Shown here piece after piece: positions 12,840 to 25,592 of a stretch of DNA of 64,000 nucleotides. Position 1 is the stretch's first letter. Each line of letters starts with the position of its first letter. The notes beneath the pieces are model-generated. The model made no database searches and had not been told where the DNA came from. It saw only the letters and a list, made by a program, of their open reading frames with translations. The translations under genes and the position numbers were made by a program. This stretch comes from Octopus vulgaris (Eukaryota): contig OX597816.1 in assembly GCA_951406725.2 (NCBI GenBank), positions 29,636,001 through 29,700,000 on the forward strand. The letters are read 5' to 3'.

Positions 12840-13125
12840 ATATATAATGCATACGTGCGTGTGAGTGAGCGTGTGTGTGTGTGTACATATTTGGAAGTAT
12901 TCTAATATCCAACAACATTCAAATGAACTCAAAAGGATATTAATAGATGATCGTTTGAAACATTGCTCCCTTCATGACAGCATTACGACTGTTTAGTTCC
13001 CATTTATATGGATATACACTATAAGGAGTTTCTCGCAAGCACAAAGATCGCATCATACGTGCTACGAGTGTGTAAGTGAAAGGTTTGTCGTGTTGATCTA
13101 GCTTATACTTGGTGAGAGTCGAGTT

Positions 13126-13655
13126 TCGTGGTTTAGTGGTTAGCGTGTTGGACTGATGATTGTTGTTGTTTTTTCCTTCTCGAGCCATGCCTGGCTCATA
13201 GGGGCCAGTTTCCCGGTTTCTTGGCGTATAGGTTCCTCACCTGTACGGGATGCCGGTTCGTCGCAGGTGAGCTGCAAGATGCAGGAGGAAAGAGTGAGAG
13301 AAAGTTGTGGCGAAAGAGTCAGCATGGAGCTTAGGTGTTTCGCTCATAAACACACACATCGTCCGGTCTGAGATTCGAACCCGCGATCCCTCGACCGCGA
13401 GTCTGCTGCTCTAATCACTAGGTCATGTGTCTCCATGAACTGATGATTGCAAGAATGTGGTTTCGATAAATGGACCGGGCGACGCGTTGTGTTCTTGAGG
13501 AAAGAACTTCATTTCTCGTTGCTCCAGTCCACTCAGCTGGCACAAATAAGTAAATCCCCGTGGGACCGGCGTCCCGTCCATGTGGGGAATATACACACCA
13601 TGGAAACAGAGAAGCCGGCCTTTATGAGTCGGCATGGCACGAGAAGGAAACTTTA
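13126..13655 (+). mobile_element. tRNA-derived SINE (family D-like) split by a nested SINE
   Basis: Head gtggtttagtggttagcgtgttggac continues after the insertion as gatgattgcaagaatgtggtttcga...gttgtgttcttgag...ctccagtccactcagctg. Confidence 0.7.
13163..13438 (-). mobile_element. SINE with family C-like head, nested, with 11-bp TSD
   Basis: TSD actgatgattg at 13152-13162 and 13439-13449. The minus-strand head has the B box gggttcgaatctc. Confidence 0.8.
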
Positions 13656-13928
13656 CCTGTTACCTTTATACTCGATGCGACATTTCACTATTTCCAGAGA
13701 CTTCATATACAACAAAATCGGAAGACGGCTTTCTCTTTAGACCTCATCCAAATTTTTCTTTGACAAAGACCTTCAAGGTTTGTTTGTTATCCACTAGCAG
13801 TCAGTCTTATCACTCTACACAGCACCAACTAAAGTATAGCCCTATTTAATGATCATTAAAAAAATCACCGGTTAGTACTGTCCCTATTTTAGTATCAACT
13901 AATCTATATTTCCTCGCTATATATTAAA

Positions 13929-14315
13929 CTAGCAGTATCGCCCGGCGTTGCTCGGATTTGTAAGGGAAATAACTATATAAGCATTTTTAGAGAGTTATAG
14001 CCAAAAAATAGCCAAAAAATGCATTAAAAATGGAAAAAAAAATATGGTAATTTTTTTTTTAAATCGTTGACTCATCGTAGACATTTTTAGAGAGTTACTT
14101 CTCTTGTATAATAGCGAAAAAAATGCATTAAAATGGAAAAAAATGATGGTAATTTTTTTTAAAATCGTAGACGCGCGCTAATACCCAGAAGGGCTCGATA
14201 TGAATCACGACTATAAGATACCCGGTTTTGGTTAAACTGCACCGCAAAATGTGGGAGTAGTTAGGAATCTAAATCGTAGGAGACAGACAGACAACTTCAC
14301 TTTTATATATAAAGA
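13929..14315 (-). mobile_element. Non-autonomous Helitron
   Basis: The minus strand starts TC and ends CTAG, with a GC hairpin (cccggcgttgctcgga) about 11 nt from the 3' end; inserted between A and T. Second copy at 57403-57797. Confidence 0.85.
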
Positions 14316-15080
14316 TTTTTAAGAGTTATTGTCTTCTCTGCTACTTCACTAGAAATACTACATATCAGCTAAACTGTATTGAGTTGAAACATCTTTTAAA
14401 TAAGCGAGAGTTTATATTAAATGATTTAGCATACAGACAAAGCATCATAAATCAATGTAATTCTTGTATTTTCCCATTGGAATAAAAATATATTTTACTT
14501 CTCTGCTAAACAGCCGGAAGACATATATTCAATACTTCTTGTGACGTTTGTTTTAAACACTAAGTCATACTTTGAACTTTTAGAAAGTATCAATTGAATT
14601 AGTTATCATTTACAAACAAAGCATATGAAAGACAATTTTTTTCATTCATTTCATTTACTTTAATTATGAAGAATGAATCCGATGGTATCAGGCTTACCAT
14701 ATTTTTCTCCTTTATTTGTTATTGACAACGGCCTTGCTGAGATTCGTCTTGACAGGTTGTTCGAATAGAACAAATCAACTTCCAGCACTTAATTTTCTTA
14801 AATTTTGGCACTTATGTTGTCCGTTCATTGGGTTACAGGAATGCGAACAAGCTACCGTCACCGCTTGTGATGTGGCGCTGGGAACAAATATAGACACAAA
14901 CAGAAGTGCTTCCATATAGTTTCTGTCTACCAAATACCTAATCAGACTCACAAGATATAGGTTGGTGTGGGCCTCAAGTGGAAAGCAATTGCAAAAGATG
15001 CCTCACAGTGAGACCGGACCCAATACTGCGTCGTTACGAAGCGGGTTTCTTAACCACGCAGCTATACTTGTAGCTATGGG

Positions 15081-15096
15081 TAATAACAACAACAAC

Positions 15097-15133
<37 letters not shown>

Positions 15134-15181
15134 TTAATAATAATAATGTTAATAATAATAATAATAACAACAACAACAACA

Positions 15182-15255
<74 letters not shown>

Positions 15256-15380
15256 AAGAAGAAGAAGAAGAAGAAGAATAGCAATAGAAACAATGATAAT
15301 GATAAGGAGGAGGAGGAAGAAAAATAAGATGAAGAAGAAGAGGCGGAGGGAGAGGGGGAAGAGGAGACACAGGATGAAAA
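15081..15380. repeat. (AAT)n/(AAC)n/(AAG)n trinucleotide microsatellite
   Basis: Seen directly. Confidence 0.95.
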
Positions 15381-15940
15381 GTATAATAGTGATAATAGCA
15401 TTAAAAATAATAACGGAAATTGTTTTGATGGTAATACTTGATAATTCTAAAGTATACGCAATTGGTAAATATACCCTTATTCAAATATAGAATCTGACAA
15501 CTAACAATCTATCCACTCATTCTTGTTTGAATTCTCATGTGAATCAACAGGTGTATTTGTACGTTTTAGTAACTGTTGTCGTTGTCATTTTTTACCCTTA
15601 TTCTGCCTATGTAAATGTTTGGCCTGATAAGGTGTACAAAAATGTCATATGCCACACACAGTCAGATGTATGCAAGGGAATTTTCTGATACAAAACCCCA
15701 AGAGTATCTAGGTTGAATTTCCTTCCTCTCACATTGTACATCATATTTTTACGTTTTTCCTTTGTTGAAACTTGTCAAATTATGCCACATATAAGTCGAC
15801 AAGTTTCAGACTGTAGACAAAGTAGAATGCACAAAGCATCATATGTAAAGTCAGTGTGAGACATCAAACTGCTTTCTGTCATGGCTGAGGTTTCGAAATA
15901 AGTTTGATCATGCTTTGCAAGAAAATTGTAACAGTAAAAT

Positions 15941-16401
15941 TCTGTTGTGTCTGGGGAGAGTCATTTTCTTTTTGTGCCTTATAACGTAACACACTCACCG
16001 GTAAAATTTCCACTTATTTCTTATTTTTATTTTCCTAACATTTTTATTTTCCTTGAAGAGTCAAGACTATTGAAAATGTTGCAAGATGCAACGAAAATTT
16101 TAGGAAAATATAACTTTTAGGAAAATAAAATAAAAATAAGAAATAAGTGGAAATTTTATCGGTGAGTGTTGATTCACCTGTTGATACACCTCTTGCAACC
16201 TTTTCAATAGTCTTGACTTTTGAAGAGTCAAGACTATTGAAAATGTTGCAAGACGGAACGAAAATTTTAGGAAAATAAAAATAAGAAATAAGTGGAAATT
16301 TTACCGGTGAGTGTGTTACATTGTACGGCAAAAAAAGAAAACGACTCTCCCCAGACAAAACAGAATATGCTTCAACACACGAACTCAAATCCAAAAACGA
16401 A
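15941..16401. mobile_element. Multi-copy inverted/direct pLTR-like element with 13-bp TSD and HHR-like motifs
   Basis: TSD gtaacagtaaaat at 15928-15940 and 16402-16414. Outer inverted arms; motif copies at 16067-16103 and 16234-16270. Related copy at 45322-45462. Confidence 0.75.
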
Positions 16402-16819
16402 GTAACAGTAAAATATTTCTATTTATTAAAATCTAATAAAATACAACAAAAGTAATTCGGAAAGCTGCTAAACATTTTTAAAAGCGTCACTAATATGAAA
16501 AGTTTATAAAAACTCGCAAACATATCAGTAGACTACCTGCGGTACAAGAGAATGGTAAAAGTCTGCATAATTTATTGTTAATTTCTGTTATTGTGATTTC
16601 TAATTGTTAATTTTTCATTGTTCGTTAGAGATTTCTCTCAGGATCTAAAGACTTTGGCCTGTTTATATTTTATGGTCTGCATATTTTGTAATTAATTATA
16701 AATTATTTAACATTGAATTAAATGTGTTGGTGTACATAATTTTTAATGTTCTATGTTGCGTTGTCTTGTATAATTAATAACGAAAATTGGTTGACGAGCC
16801 ACGTGATTGTGGTGTTTGC

Positions 16820-16877
16820 AGTAGTAGTAGTAGTAGTAGTAGTAGCAGCAGCAGTAGAAGTAGTAGTATTAGTAGTA

Positions 16878-16908
<31 letters not shown>

Positions 16909-17172
16909 GAGGAGGAGGAGGAGGAGGAGAAGGAAGAAGAAGAAAAAGAAGAGGAGGGGGAGGAGGGGGAGGAAGAAGAAGAAAAAGAAGAGGAGGGGGG
17001 AGGAAGAAGAAGAAAAAGAAGAGGAGGGGAGGAGGAGGAGGAAGAAGAAGAAGAAGAAGAAGAAGAAGAAGAAGAAGAAGAAGAAGAAGAAGAAGAAGCA
17101 GAGGAGCAGCAACAGTAGTAGGTAGTAGTATTGGTAGTGGTTGTGGCTATGGTAATAACAATAGTAGTAGTA
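16820..17172. repeat. (GTA)n/(GGA)n/(GAA)n compound microsatellite
   Basis: Seen directly. Confidence 0.95.
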
Positions 17173-18849
17173 GTCTGAAATTTAAACTGCAACATCATTT
17201 CTAATTGCTCACCAATAATGTTGTTCTTCTTATTGTTGTTGTTTAACCCAAAATAATTCTGATGCAGTTGTTTATGATCAAATATGTGCTAGCAATTAAC
17301 ATCTCATCGAATGGGTAGTATTTTAAGATGAAGTTGTGGGTAATTTCGCTGTTATTTCTAGTGGTTGAGTAACGCCCATATAAAGACTCATTGATTGCTT
17401 CTTCTATAGTTAGATTGGAGACATCCAACTGGATGTGCCATTAGACTGTTGCACTGATTTTTATGTACCACTGATGACAGGTGTGCTTTTCTTCCTTTCA
17501 GGATCGATAAAAATAACCATAAATCCAAGGTGAGAGATTGGTGAAACAGTTAGAGAGTGTAGCAAGATGCTTAAGGTTTGTTCCAGACCGGCAGAGACCC
17601 CCTCCCTCAGCTTTGCTAAGCTATAAAACTTCAATTACTTATATGTGCCAGTTATCATGTGTACGTGCTGACTGTGTCTTCAATTCAAGAAATTAAATTT
17701 ACTATTTCTAATAAAAAAAACTAGAAAACAGATGCCACACTTTAAAGAGTTTATTTAGACAATACAGTAAATTAATAATTAAAATAAATAAATAAATGTC
17801 TTGCTTTATGGTCTTGGGGCAAAATATATCCCTATACACTGACAATCTATTATTTCTCGTAAAAATAGTTTATTTTAAATTAATTAGAAGAGCACAAATT
17901 TTATTTAAGTATAATAGACACAGCACAGCGATACGTTTTTGATTTGTCTCTCACTTTCTTGGCTTTTAATTAAATAAAGACTCTCAATCATAAATAACTA
18001 TTTTAGTGCTTTAATAATAGACAGGCCAAAACAATTATAGCCTGCTTCAAACACAATGCAATTTTCTCGATTTAATTATTACTGGGTATGCTTCATTGTT
18101 CGGTGTCTTCATATACATTATCTTGTTTTCACACATCATCTGGTTATATGTTTATGAGATTCCTGAAACAGAAGAACCAATTTTAGAAAGCCCAAGCATA
18201 TCACTTAATTTACTATTTATGATGCTGTATACCTTAACACACTGGTTTGCTGAAGCATCGCTAAAAATACATTGTCTTACATCTTTTTCCTTTAATTAGT
18301 ACGAAGTGAAGGTGCTGAGTTCTTAATATGGGAAGTTCTCCGAAGTTTTTTTTTTTTTTTAAATTGGCGCTTCTAGGTAAAACATTAATAACGAACTAGC
18401 AAGTTAGTTTCTATGTGAACTCGTAACAGTAAAAACACAATTACCATTAACTTTCACTCGACTCTCATTAACAAAATGCCACTGTAGGTAATGTATTTCG
18501 AGAAATACTGTCTTAATAAAAATTACTTAGCATGATTATGGTGAGAATACCTTGGGTTATTATAGGTCTCCTCAATCAGCGCTGGCTTATGCTTAAACAG
18601 TAACATCATGAACAACAAGAGAAAAATGCGGCAAAGGCGAAGTATAATGCCGGCTTCTAGACATGATAGACATAGAAACCTAATAGTAACGTCTCATACA
18701 CACGGTAACGTGCCGTAAACAAGGCATAACGAATAGCTGTCCTAAATATATCCTGCGCGAAAAGATAGATGGTCATGGTTGGAAAGACTGATCAGAAGTC
18801 TGCTAGCTCAAGGCTGACACATGTTTCAGCAGATACAACAAAATAAATA

Positions 18850-19300
18850 AGAAAAGAGATTCGGCTGATAGTGTCCTTGCGGAAGATACGCTGAGTTTAT
18901 GGATTTGTGGTGGGGTTTACAGAGCTATTGTTTCTGTTGATGGTGGTTGCACTAATGGTCTTATCTGATTGAACATTGGGCAGTGAGGTCACTCAGAATT
19001 TGTATTAATTATACAGTTTTCCTAATGCTTATATAAATGAACTATACCTGCTCATTGTAACTCCATTTTTCAAAACTGTTCATGGCTTAGCGAGACAGCG
19101 AACGTCAGTATCTATGGCATTTTAGGGGCTAGAGAAAGGAAATACGTTCTCCTCAGACCGGTGATATGGACGGAACGCTGGTACGAAAGTAGAATTTTCA
19201 GAGACACCAATATGTCAGGTGGTGGTGTTAAAGTTTAACGCTTCAGCTTTTTCTCCAGCTTCTTGGTCACTTGTGAATTTATATGTCAATAACTTCCTTA
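18850..19300 (-). pseudogene. Very decayed Penelope-like RT N-terminal fragment
   Basis: Minus-strand L*TPPQIHKLSV resembles the Penelope LYGLPKIHK motif; many stops. Confidence 0.3.
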
Positions 19301-20312
19301 AATATCCGCAGTTTTATTTCGTTTGTTTAGCTTTATCTAACTCAAATGACTGCTTAAGTGGAATTATTTAATTTACTTGTCTAGACTTATCTATCTACAA
19401 CGCGATTGTCTAGGTTTAATTACCTAATTTAAGTGTCTAGAATTATCAAAAATGATTGTCATAAATCAAATTCAGCACAAAATGTCTGTTTGTTTTTGCT
19501 TCACTTCTCATTATAAATCATATCAGTCATGGCACCAATTCTTCCTTTCGTTGAATCATTAGCTATTTCCGTAGAGAAATACCTTAGCTAAGTTGATGGG
19601 AGTGGACAGTCATAGGTAGACTGTTGGTAAGGTTGATATACTCTGGTAAAGCAAGTTAAAAACCTAAACTCATTATAAGCTACATCTTAAGATGCCATAC
19701 TTATGATTTATAAGAAATATTAATTACTTAGAGTGTTGCTGTTTATCACTGAATAACCCTGTTTATCACCGACTGTGATGAGTTATGATCATCGTATAAT
19801 TTAGATATAATCTACTTGGGACTATATTATCAAAAATATCCTTTTGAAAGCAGCGAGGCGTGTTTTAATGGAGACTTTTTTCCTAATTCTAATAACCTGA
19901 AAGACCAAAAAGATTTGTGGGAGTAGGGTAGAAACAGAACCTACGTTTCAAATTCAGTTTATCCTTGCATATTCAGTTCGCCGTTGCGTGCTCAAATTGT
20001 CATTGTATTCTCGGCTAACCTTTGCTTATTATGCTTAACACTGTATACTCATTTCACCCTTCCACACTCAGCTTAATGTTATATATCCAGTTCACCATTG
20101 AATCGTACTCAGTTTCTTGCTACATACTTAATCTTAGTGTTTCATACGTAATTTGCCATTCCTAATCCTCTTACCGTTACATGCACGTTACATACTCGCT
20201 TATCTATCCATATTCAGTTTACAATGAAAACAATGATTTTCAGGCAAAGGTACTATAAATACTCTCATTTTCCCTGTGAAATTAAATATATATATTGGAC
20301 GATATATATATA

Positions 20313-20507
20313 TAGTGACCGCGTGTGTATCGTTGGCGATTTTCTTTCTCCATCTTCCCTTCCTTGGACCTTTCCATTTTCTATGTTTCTGACGAAGAGC
20401 TCCAATCGAAACGTTAAATCCTCCTTCTTTCTTTCTTTTCCTGATCGTCCAATAACACTATACTTGTTCCTCGTCCTTCGTTGTTGTGTTTTCATGCTTG
20501 GATTAAC
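20313..20507 (+). mobile_element. Small pLTR-like element with a canonical HHR core, inserted in (TA)n
   Basis: gttt-CTGACGA-A-GAGC-tcc-aatc-GAAA-CG-TT-aaat at 20385-20419, with the 3' strand of stem II mutated. TA runs on both sides. Confidence 0.6.
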
Positions 20508-20698
20508 TATATATATATATAAAGAAAAAAGATATGACAGAATAAATAACGGTAATATGAATTTCATTAGCTTACTGTTGTTTATTTTACAGCTGTAAGT
20601 CATTGAATTTTATAGCATAACCAATGTTTTTCCTGTGTCTTATCTTTTTCTTTATTATCGATTTATACTCATCAAGCACCTTGTCTTGAAACACATAC

Positions 20699-20754
20699 AT
20701 TGAGTTCTACACCAGGTTATTGAGTTCTACACTAGATTATTGAATTCTACACCA
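20699..20754. repeat. 20-bp tandem repeat, about 2.8 copies
   Basis: Unit attgagttctacaccaggtt. Confidence 0.85.
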
Positions 20755-20759
20755 TGCAA

Positions 20760-21700
20760 TGTCTAACTTAATTGCACCGTCTGATAGGATCTGTTGAATT
20801 ATTTTAAAATTTTGTGGTGTCGTGGCTCATTCAAACAGTGAGTTTTTGTGGACTGGGATATATCCAGGTATAGGTGGATTATGCAGTAACCTTTGAAGAT
20901 ATTTGTCTGGAAATGGTTTGAAGGTGTTAGTATCTTTTTCTTCTTAGATTAGTTTTGGGATAATGTGAAATAGAGCAAGGCTTGTAGAAGAAACGAATTT
21001 ACGTTGTAGTGTATTTAAGTGTTATGAGCCTGAATTGTGCAGGGGTCGTACGACACACGGCACCAACCTTGGATGAATTCTGAATCTAATATTAAGATCG
21101 TTCTGGCAATGATGGTGGTACATTTTCCATGGTGTTCAAATGCTGTAGTACTCACGACAGCGCTTGAGACAATGCAATTCCAATCTAGCTATGGATGCAC
21201 TATTGTTGAAGTTCGTGTCTAGGCTCGAACATGTACATCTTTCATTATGGAGCCTAAAACTAATAACATTATTATTTTCCGAAGGGGAGACTTTAAATAT
21301 TGATATAATTTAAAATAGCAATGAAACCATAGAATTCGATCGTTTAACCCAAGTTACAGAAAATGGTTTGAAACTCCTAGTGAGACTGAATACACAGGAT
21401 GTGAATCTGCTTGGTTATGTTTAGTCAATAAGGGTAATTTATTTCTTAATCCACTGTGTTCTTTCAACAGTTTCAGTAATATAGCTAAGATTACCCGTTA
21501 TTCAAATCTATCTAACAGCGTAATTGAAAGCAGCTGACGAAATCATTTATCTTGTAAGTGAATAAATATAAAGAGAGGTTGATCTTACTTGCTCGGCCAT
21601 GCTGATAAATGTACCAAACTGTATGCTTCAAGAATTTCTCTCGTAATTTAACCAACGACTTATCTAATGTAAGTTCACCTTAGATGATTCGACATTAAAC
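20760..21700 (-). pseudogene. Very decayed Penelope-like RT
   Basis: Only faint collinear motif remnants on the minus strand (SMVS..., FEHHGK, FQTNIFK...LYLD). Confidence 0.3.
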
Positions 21701-22241
21701 TAAAGGAAGTTTGTAATTAATGCTTAGTGAGTTATAGGCAAGAAATAGTGGAGCTGGTTTTAAATGAATCTTTGAAAGAAATGAAATGTAAATGTGATAG
21801 AGATCAGACAAATCTACTATCATTTCAAGTCCTATATCATGTTTACTCAGCAAAGAGAAAATTGTGATGTGAATAGCTGCGTTGTAAAGAGAAGTTATAC
21901 CTAGAAAATCTTTTAATCTCATATGCTTTCTCTTTCAGGATTGTAACCACTCAAAAACTGCCAACCCTGTGTACGTTTAATTATCATCATTTAACTAATA
22001 ATCTAAAATATTTTAAATTGGAAAATTGAGAATTCATTATATTAAACTCACACACATAAATATATGTATGTATATATGCATGTATGTGTGTTTGTATGTG
22101 TATGTTTGTGTGTGTGTGTTTTTTATGTATGCATGTATATATGTATAATATATATATATGTGTGTGTGTGTTTGTGTATGTGTATACATACAGGCATACA
22201 TATAATAAATACACACATCTATCTATCTCTCTAACTGTGTA

Positions 22242-23045
22242 GGCGCTGTCGTGACTATATGGTGAGATACTTTCTTCCCATCCACATGATTCTGGGCCCA
22301 GTCCCACTGGGTCACACCACGGTCAAGTGCCTTTATCTATAGCCTCGGGCCGACCAAAGACTTGCGAGTGGATTTGGTAGACGGAAACGGAAAAAGACCG
22401 TAGCATACGTATATATGTATATGCATCTATGTGTGTGTTTGTGTCTGTGTTTGTCTCCCCACCGTCCCTTGACAACTGATATTGGTAAGTTTCCCGTAAC
22501 TTAGCGGTTCGGCAAAAAGGACAGATAGAATAAGTATTTAGCCTACAAAGAATAAGTCTAGGATGCGATTTGTTCGACTGAAACTCTTTAAGTTGGTGTG
22601 TGGAGGCACAATGGCCCAGTGGTTAGGGCAGCGGACTCGCGGTCATAGGATCGCGGTTTCGATTCCCAGACCGGGCGTTTTGAGTGTTTATTGAGCGAAA
22701 ACACCTAAAGCTCCACGAGGCTCCGGCAAGGGATGGTGGTGATCCCTTCTGTACTCTTTCACCACAACTTTCTCTCACTCTTACTTCCTGTTTCTGTTGT
22801 ACCTGTATTTCAAAGGGCCGGCCTTGTCACTCTCTGTGTCACGCTGAATATCCCCGAGAACTACGTTAAGGGTACACGTGTCTGTGGAGTGCTCAGCCAC
22901 TTACACGTTAATTTCACGAGCAGGCTGTTCCATTGATTCGGATCAACCGGAACCCTCGTCGTCGTAACCGACGGAGTGCTTCCACCTTAAGTTGGTGTTC
23001 CAGCATGATCGCATTCTAATGACTGAACTGAAACAAGTAACAGAG
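22242..23045 (+). mobile_element. SINE family A hosting a family C SINE
   Basis: The body breaks at ttaagttggtg (22588-22598, repeated at 22987-22997) and resumes ttccagcatgatcgc. Confidence 0.8.
22599..22986 (+). mobile_element. SINE family C, copy 1 (tRNA-derived)
   Basis: A box tggcccagtggttagg, B box ggtttcgattccc, 11-12 bp TSD. Confidence 0.92.
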
Positions 23046-23183
23046 TATATGTATGTATGTATGTATGTAAGTATGTATGTATGTATGAATAATGTATGTA
23101 AGTATGTACATATAAGAATTTTTGCGTAATAAGATAAGAAACTAAGGCTGTGTAGATATTTGTACATTTATAGATAATGTGTC

Positions 23184-23607
23184 AGATCATTTCGGTTTGA
23201 ACGGCAGTTTTTAACATAATTTCTAGGTAACTAGAAAATTTTAAACTTCGTATACTGGTAGAATGTGTTTATAAAACATCTTTTTCTCTTGAGAAAATTC
23301 TATGGTTTGTAAGATATTTGTTGTTTTTGTTTTTTTTGTGTTTTTTTTTTCTTCAATTTCTGCAATTTCAACCAATCGCTGACGTGTATTGAGGTGAAAA
23401 AACATTTTGTGCCGTATGAATATGTCCCTCATTTAAGAAACAGGCTGGGTTTATTTAAATTTGTGAAGAAAAAAAGATACCCTTCTCCCCACCCCTAACT
23501 CTAAAACAGATTCAAATGCAATAGATCGATACTAGGGTCGTAATTATGGGTGACAATTTCATATGACACCGCTAGAAAAAAAACTGACGTTCAAACCGAT
23601 AAGATCC
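23184..23607. mobile_element. MITE with ~30-bp TIRs and 8-bp TSD
   Basis: TIRs agatcatttcggtttgaacggcagttttt / aaaaactgacgttcaaaccgataagatcc; flanks aatgtgtc / aatgtgta. Confidence 0.8.
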
Positions 23608-23641
23608 AATGTGTATAAATATATATATATATATATGCGTG

Positions 23642-23692
<51 letters not shown>

Positions 23693-23700
23693 TTACTTGT

Positions 23701-24088
23701 TGTGGAGGCGCAATGGCCCAGTGGTTAGGGCAGCGGACTCGCGGTCGTAGGATCGCGGTTTCGATTCCCAGACCGGGCGTTTTGAGTGTTTATTGAGCGA
23801 AAACACCTAAAGCTCCACGAGGCTCCGGCAAGGGATGGTGGTGATCCCTTCTGTACTCTTTCACCACAACTTTCTCTCACTCTTACTTCCTGTTTCTGTT
23901 GTACCTGTATTTCAAAGGGCCGGCCTTGTCACTCTCTGTGTCACGCTGAATATCCCCGAGAACTACGTTAAGGGTACACGTGTCTGTGGAGTGCTCAGCC
24001 ACTTACACGTTAATTTCACGAGCAGGCTGTTCCATTGATTCGGATCAACCGGAACCCTCGTCGTCGTAACCGACGGAGTGCTTCCACC
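23701..24088 (+). mobile_element. SINE family C, copy 2 (chimera of copies 3 and 1)
   Basis: Its 5' diagnostic bases match copy 3 and its 3' bases match copy 1. Confidence 0.9.
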
Positions 24089-24288
24089 TTAAGTTGGTGT
24101 TCCAGCATGATCGCATTCTAATGACTGAACTGAAACAAGTAACAGAGTATATGTATGTATGTATGTATGTAAGTATGTATGTATGTATGAATGTATGTAT
24201 GTAAGTATGTACATATAAGAATTTTTTTGCGTAATAAGATAAGAAGCTAAGGCTGTGTAGATATTTGTACATTTATAGATAATGTGTC

Positions 24289-24727
24289 AGATCATTTCGG
24301 TTTGAACGGCAGTTTTTAACATAATTTCTAGGTAACTAGAAAATTTTAAACTTCGTATACTGGTAGAATGTGTTTATAAAACATCTTTTTCTCTTGGCTT
24401 TATTGAGAAAATTCTATGGTTTGTAAGATATTTGTTGTTTTTGTTTTCGTTTTTTGTTTTTTTTTTTTTCTTCAATTTCTGCAATTTCAACCAATCGCTG
24501 ACGTGTATTGAGGTGAAAAAACATTTTGTGCCGTATGAATATGTCCCTCATTTAAGAAACAGGCTGGGTTTATTTAAATTTGTGAAGAAAAAAAAGATAC
24601 CCTTCTCCCCACCCCTAACTCTAAAACAGATTCAAATGCAATAGATCGATACTAGGGTCGTAATTATGGGTGACAATTTCATATGACACCGCTAGAAAAA
24701 AAACTGACGTTCAAACCGAAAAGATCC
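24289..24727. mobile_element. MITE, duplicated copy
   Basis: Same as 23184-23607, with an extra ~9 bp (ggctttatt). Confidence 0.8.
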
Positions 24728-24751
24728 AATGTGTATAAATATATATATATA

Positions 24752-24796
<45 letters not shown>

Positions 24797-24804
24797 TTAC
24801 TTGT

Positions 24805-25195
24805 TGTGGAGGCGCAATGGCCCAGTGGTTAGGGCAGCGGACTCGCGGTCGTAGGATCGCGGTTTCGATTCCCAGACCGGGCGTTGTGAGTGTTTACTGA
24901 GCGAAAACACCTAATGCTCCACGAGGCTCCGGCAGGGGATGGTGGTGATCCCTTCTGTACTCTTTCACCACAACTTTCTCTCACTCTTACTTCCTGTTTC
25001 TGTTGTACCTGTATTTCAAAGGGCCGGCCCTGTCACTCTCTGTGTCACGCTGAATATCCCCGAGAAATACGTTAAGGGTGCACATGTCTGTGGAGTGCTC
25101 AGCCACTTACACGTTAATTTCACGAGCAGGCTGTTCCGTTGATTCGGATCAACCGGAACCCTCATCGTTGTAACCGACGGAGTGCTTCCATCCAT
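24805..25195 (+). mobile_element. SINE family C, copy 3
   Basis: Close match to copy 1 with scattered substitutions; tcca tail. Confidence 0.92.
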
Positions 25196-25515
25196 TAGTA
25201 TAGCGGCTGTCGAGGAAATGGATATTACCCAAAAAGTAGACTGACAGATAAACTTTACTGAACTATGTTTCTTCTTTCACTGTTGCTATTTTCAATCCAA
25301 TTTTGACTAATGATGGATTCCATCGCTTAAGAAGTAAGTGGGATAAGAAAAGTGCAACGAGTAAGATACTAAGGATTTTTATGATTAGATTAACTGTTTA
25401 CCAAAAACGTTTCTATCCTGAAGCAATGTAGAGAATTATTTTTGATTAAAGTATTTAAATAACTAAGGAAAAATGATGTTTTACTGATTTAGTTTTCCTT
25501 AGATTGTTAGTCCTA

Positions 25516-25592
<77 letters not shown>

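Larger units (their letters stand above)
22599..24804 (+). repeat. Tandem duplication of about 1.1 kb (22599-23700 / 23701-24804)
   Basis: The SINE C + SINE A tail + MITE + TA/TG block is repeated nearly identically, with small indels. Confidence 0.95.

Noticed and set aside
19040-19090. Minus-strand first exon gccATG...CAG|gtatag (MNSFEKWSYNEQ)
   Set aside because: It lies in sequence better explained as a decayed Penelope RT, and the putative next exon stops after 15 codons.
22599-22680. tRNA genes at SINE heads (also 9081, 26377, 48533)
   Set aside because: No complete cloverleaf or terminator; each continues into a repeat body.
22684-25142. Triplicated 61-67 aa ORFs
   Set aside because: They are chance ORFs inside the three family C SINE copies.
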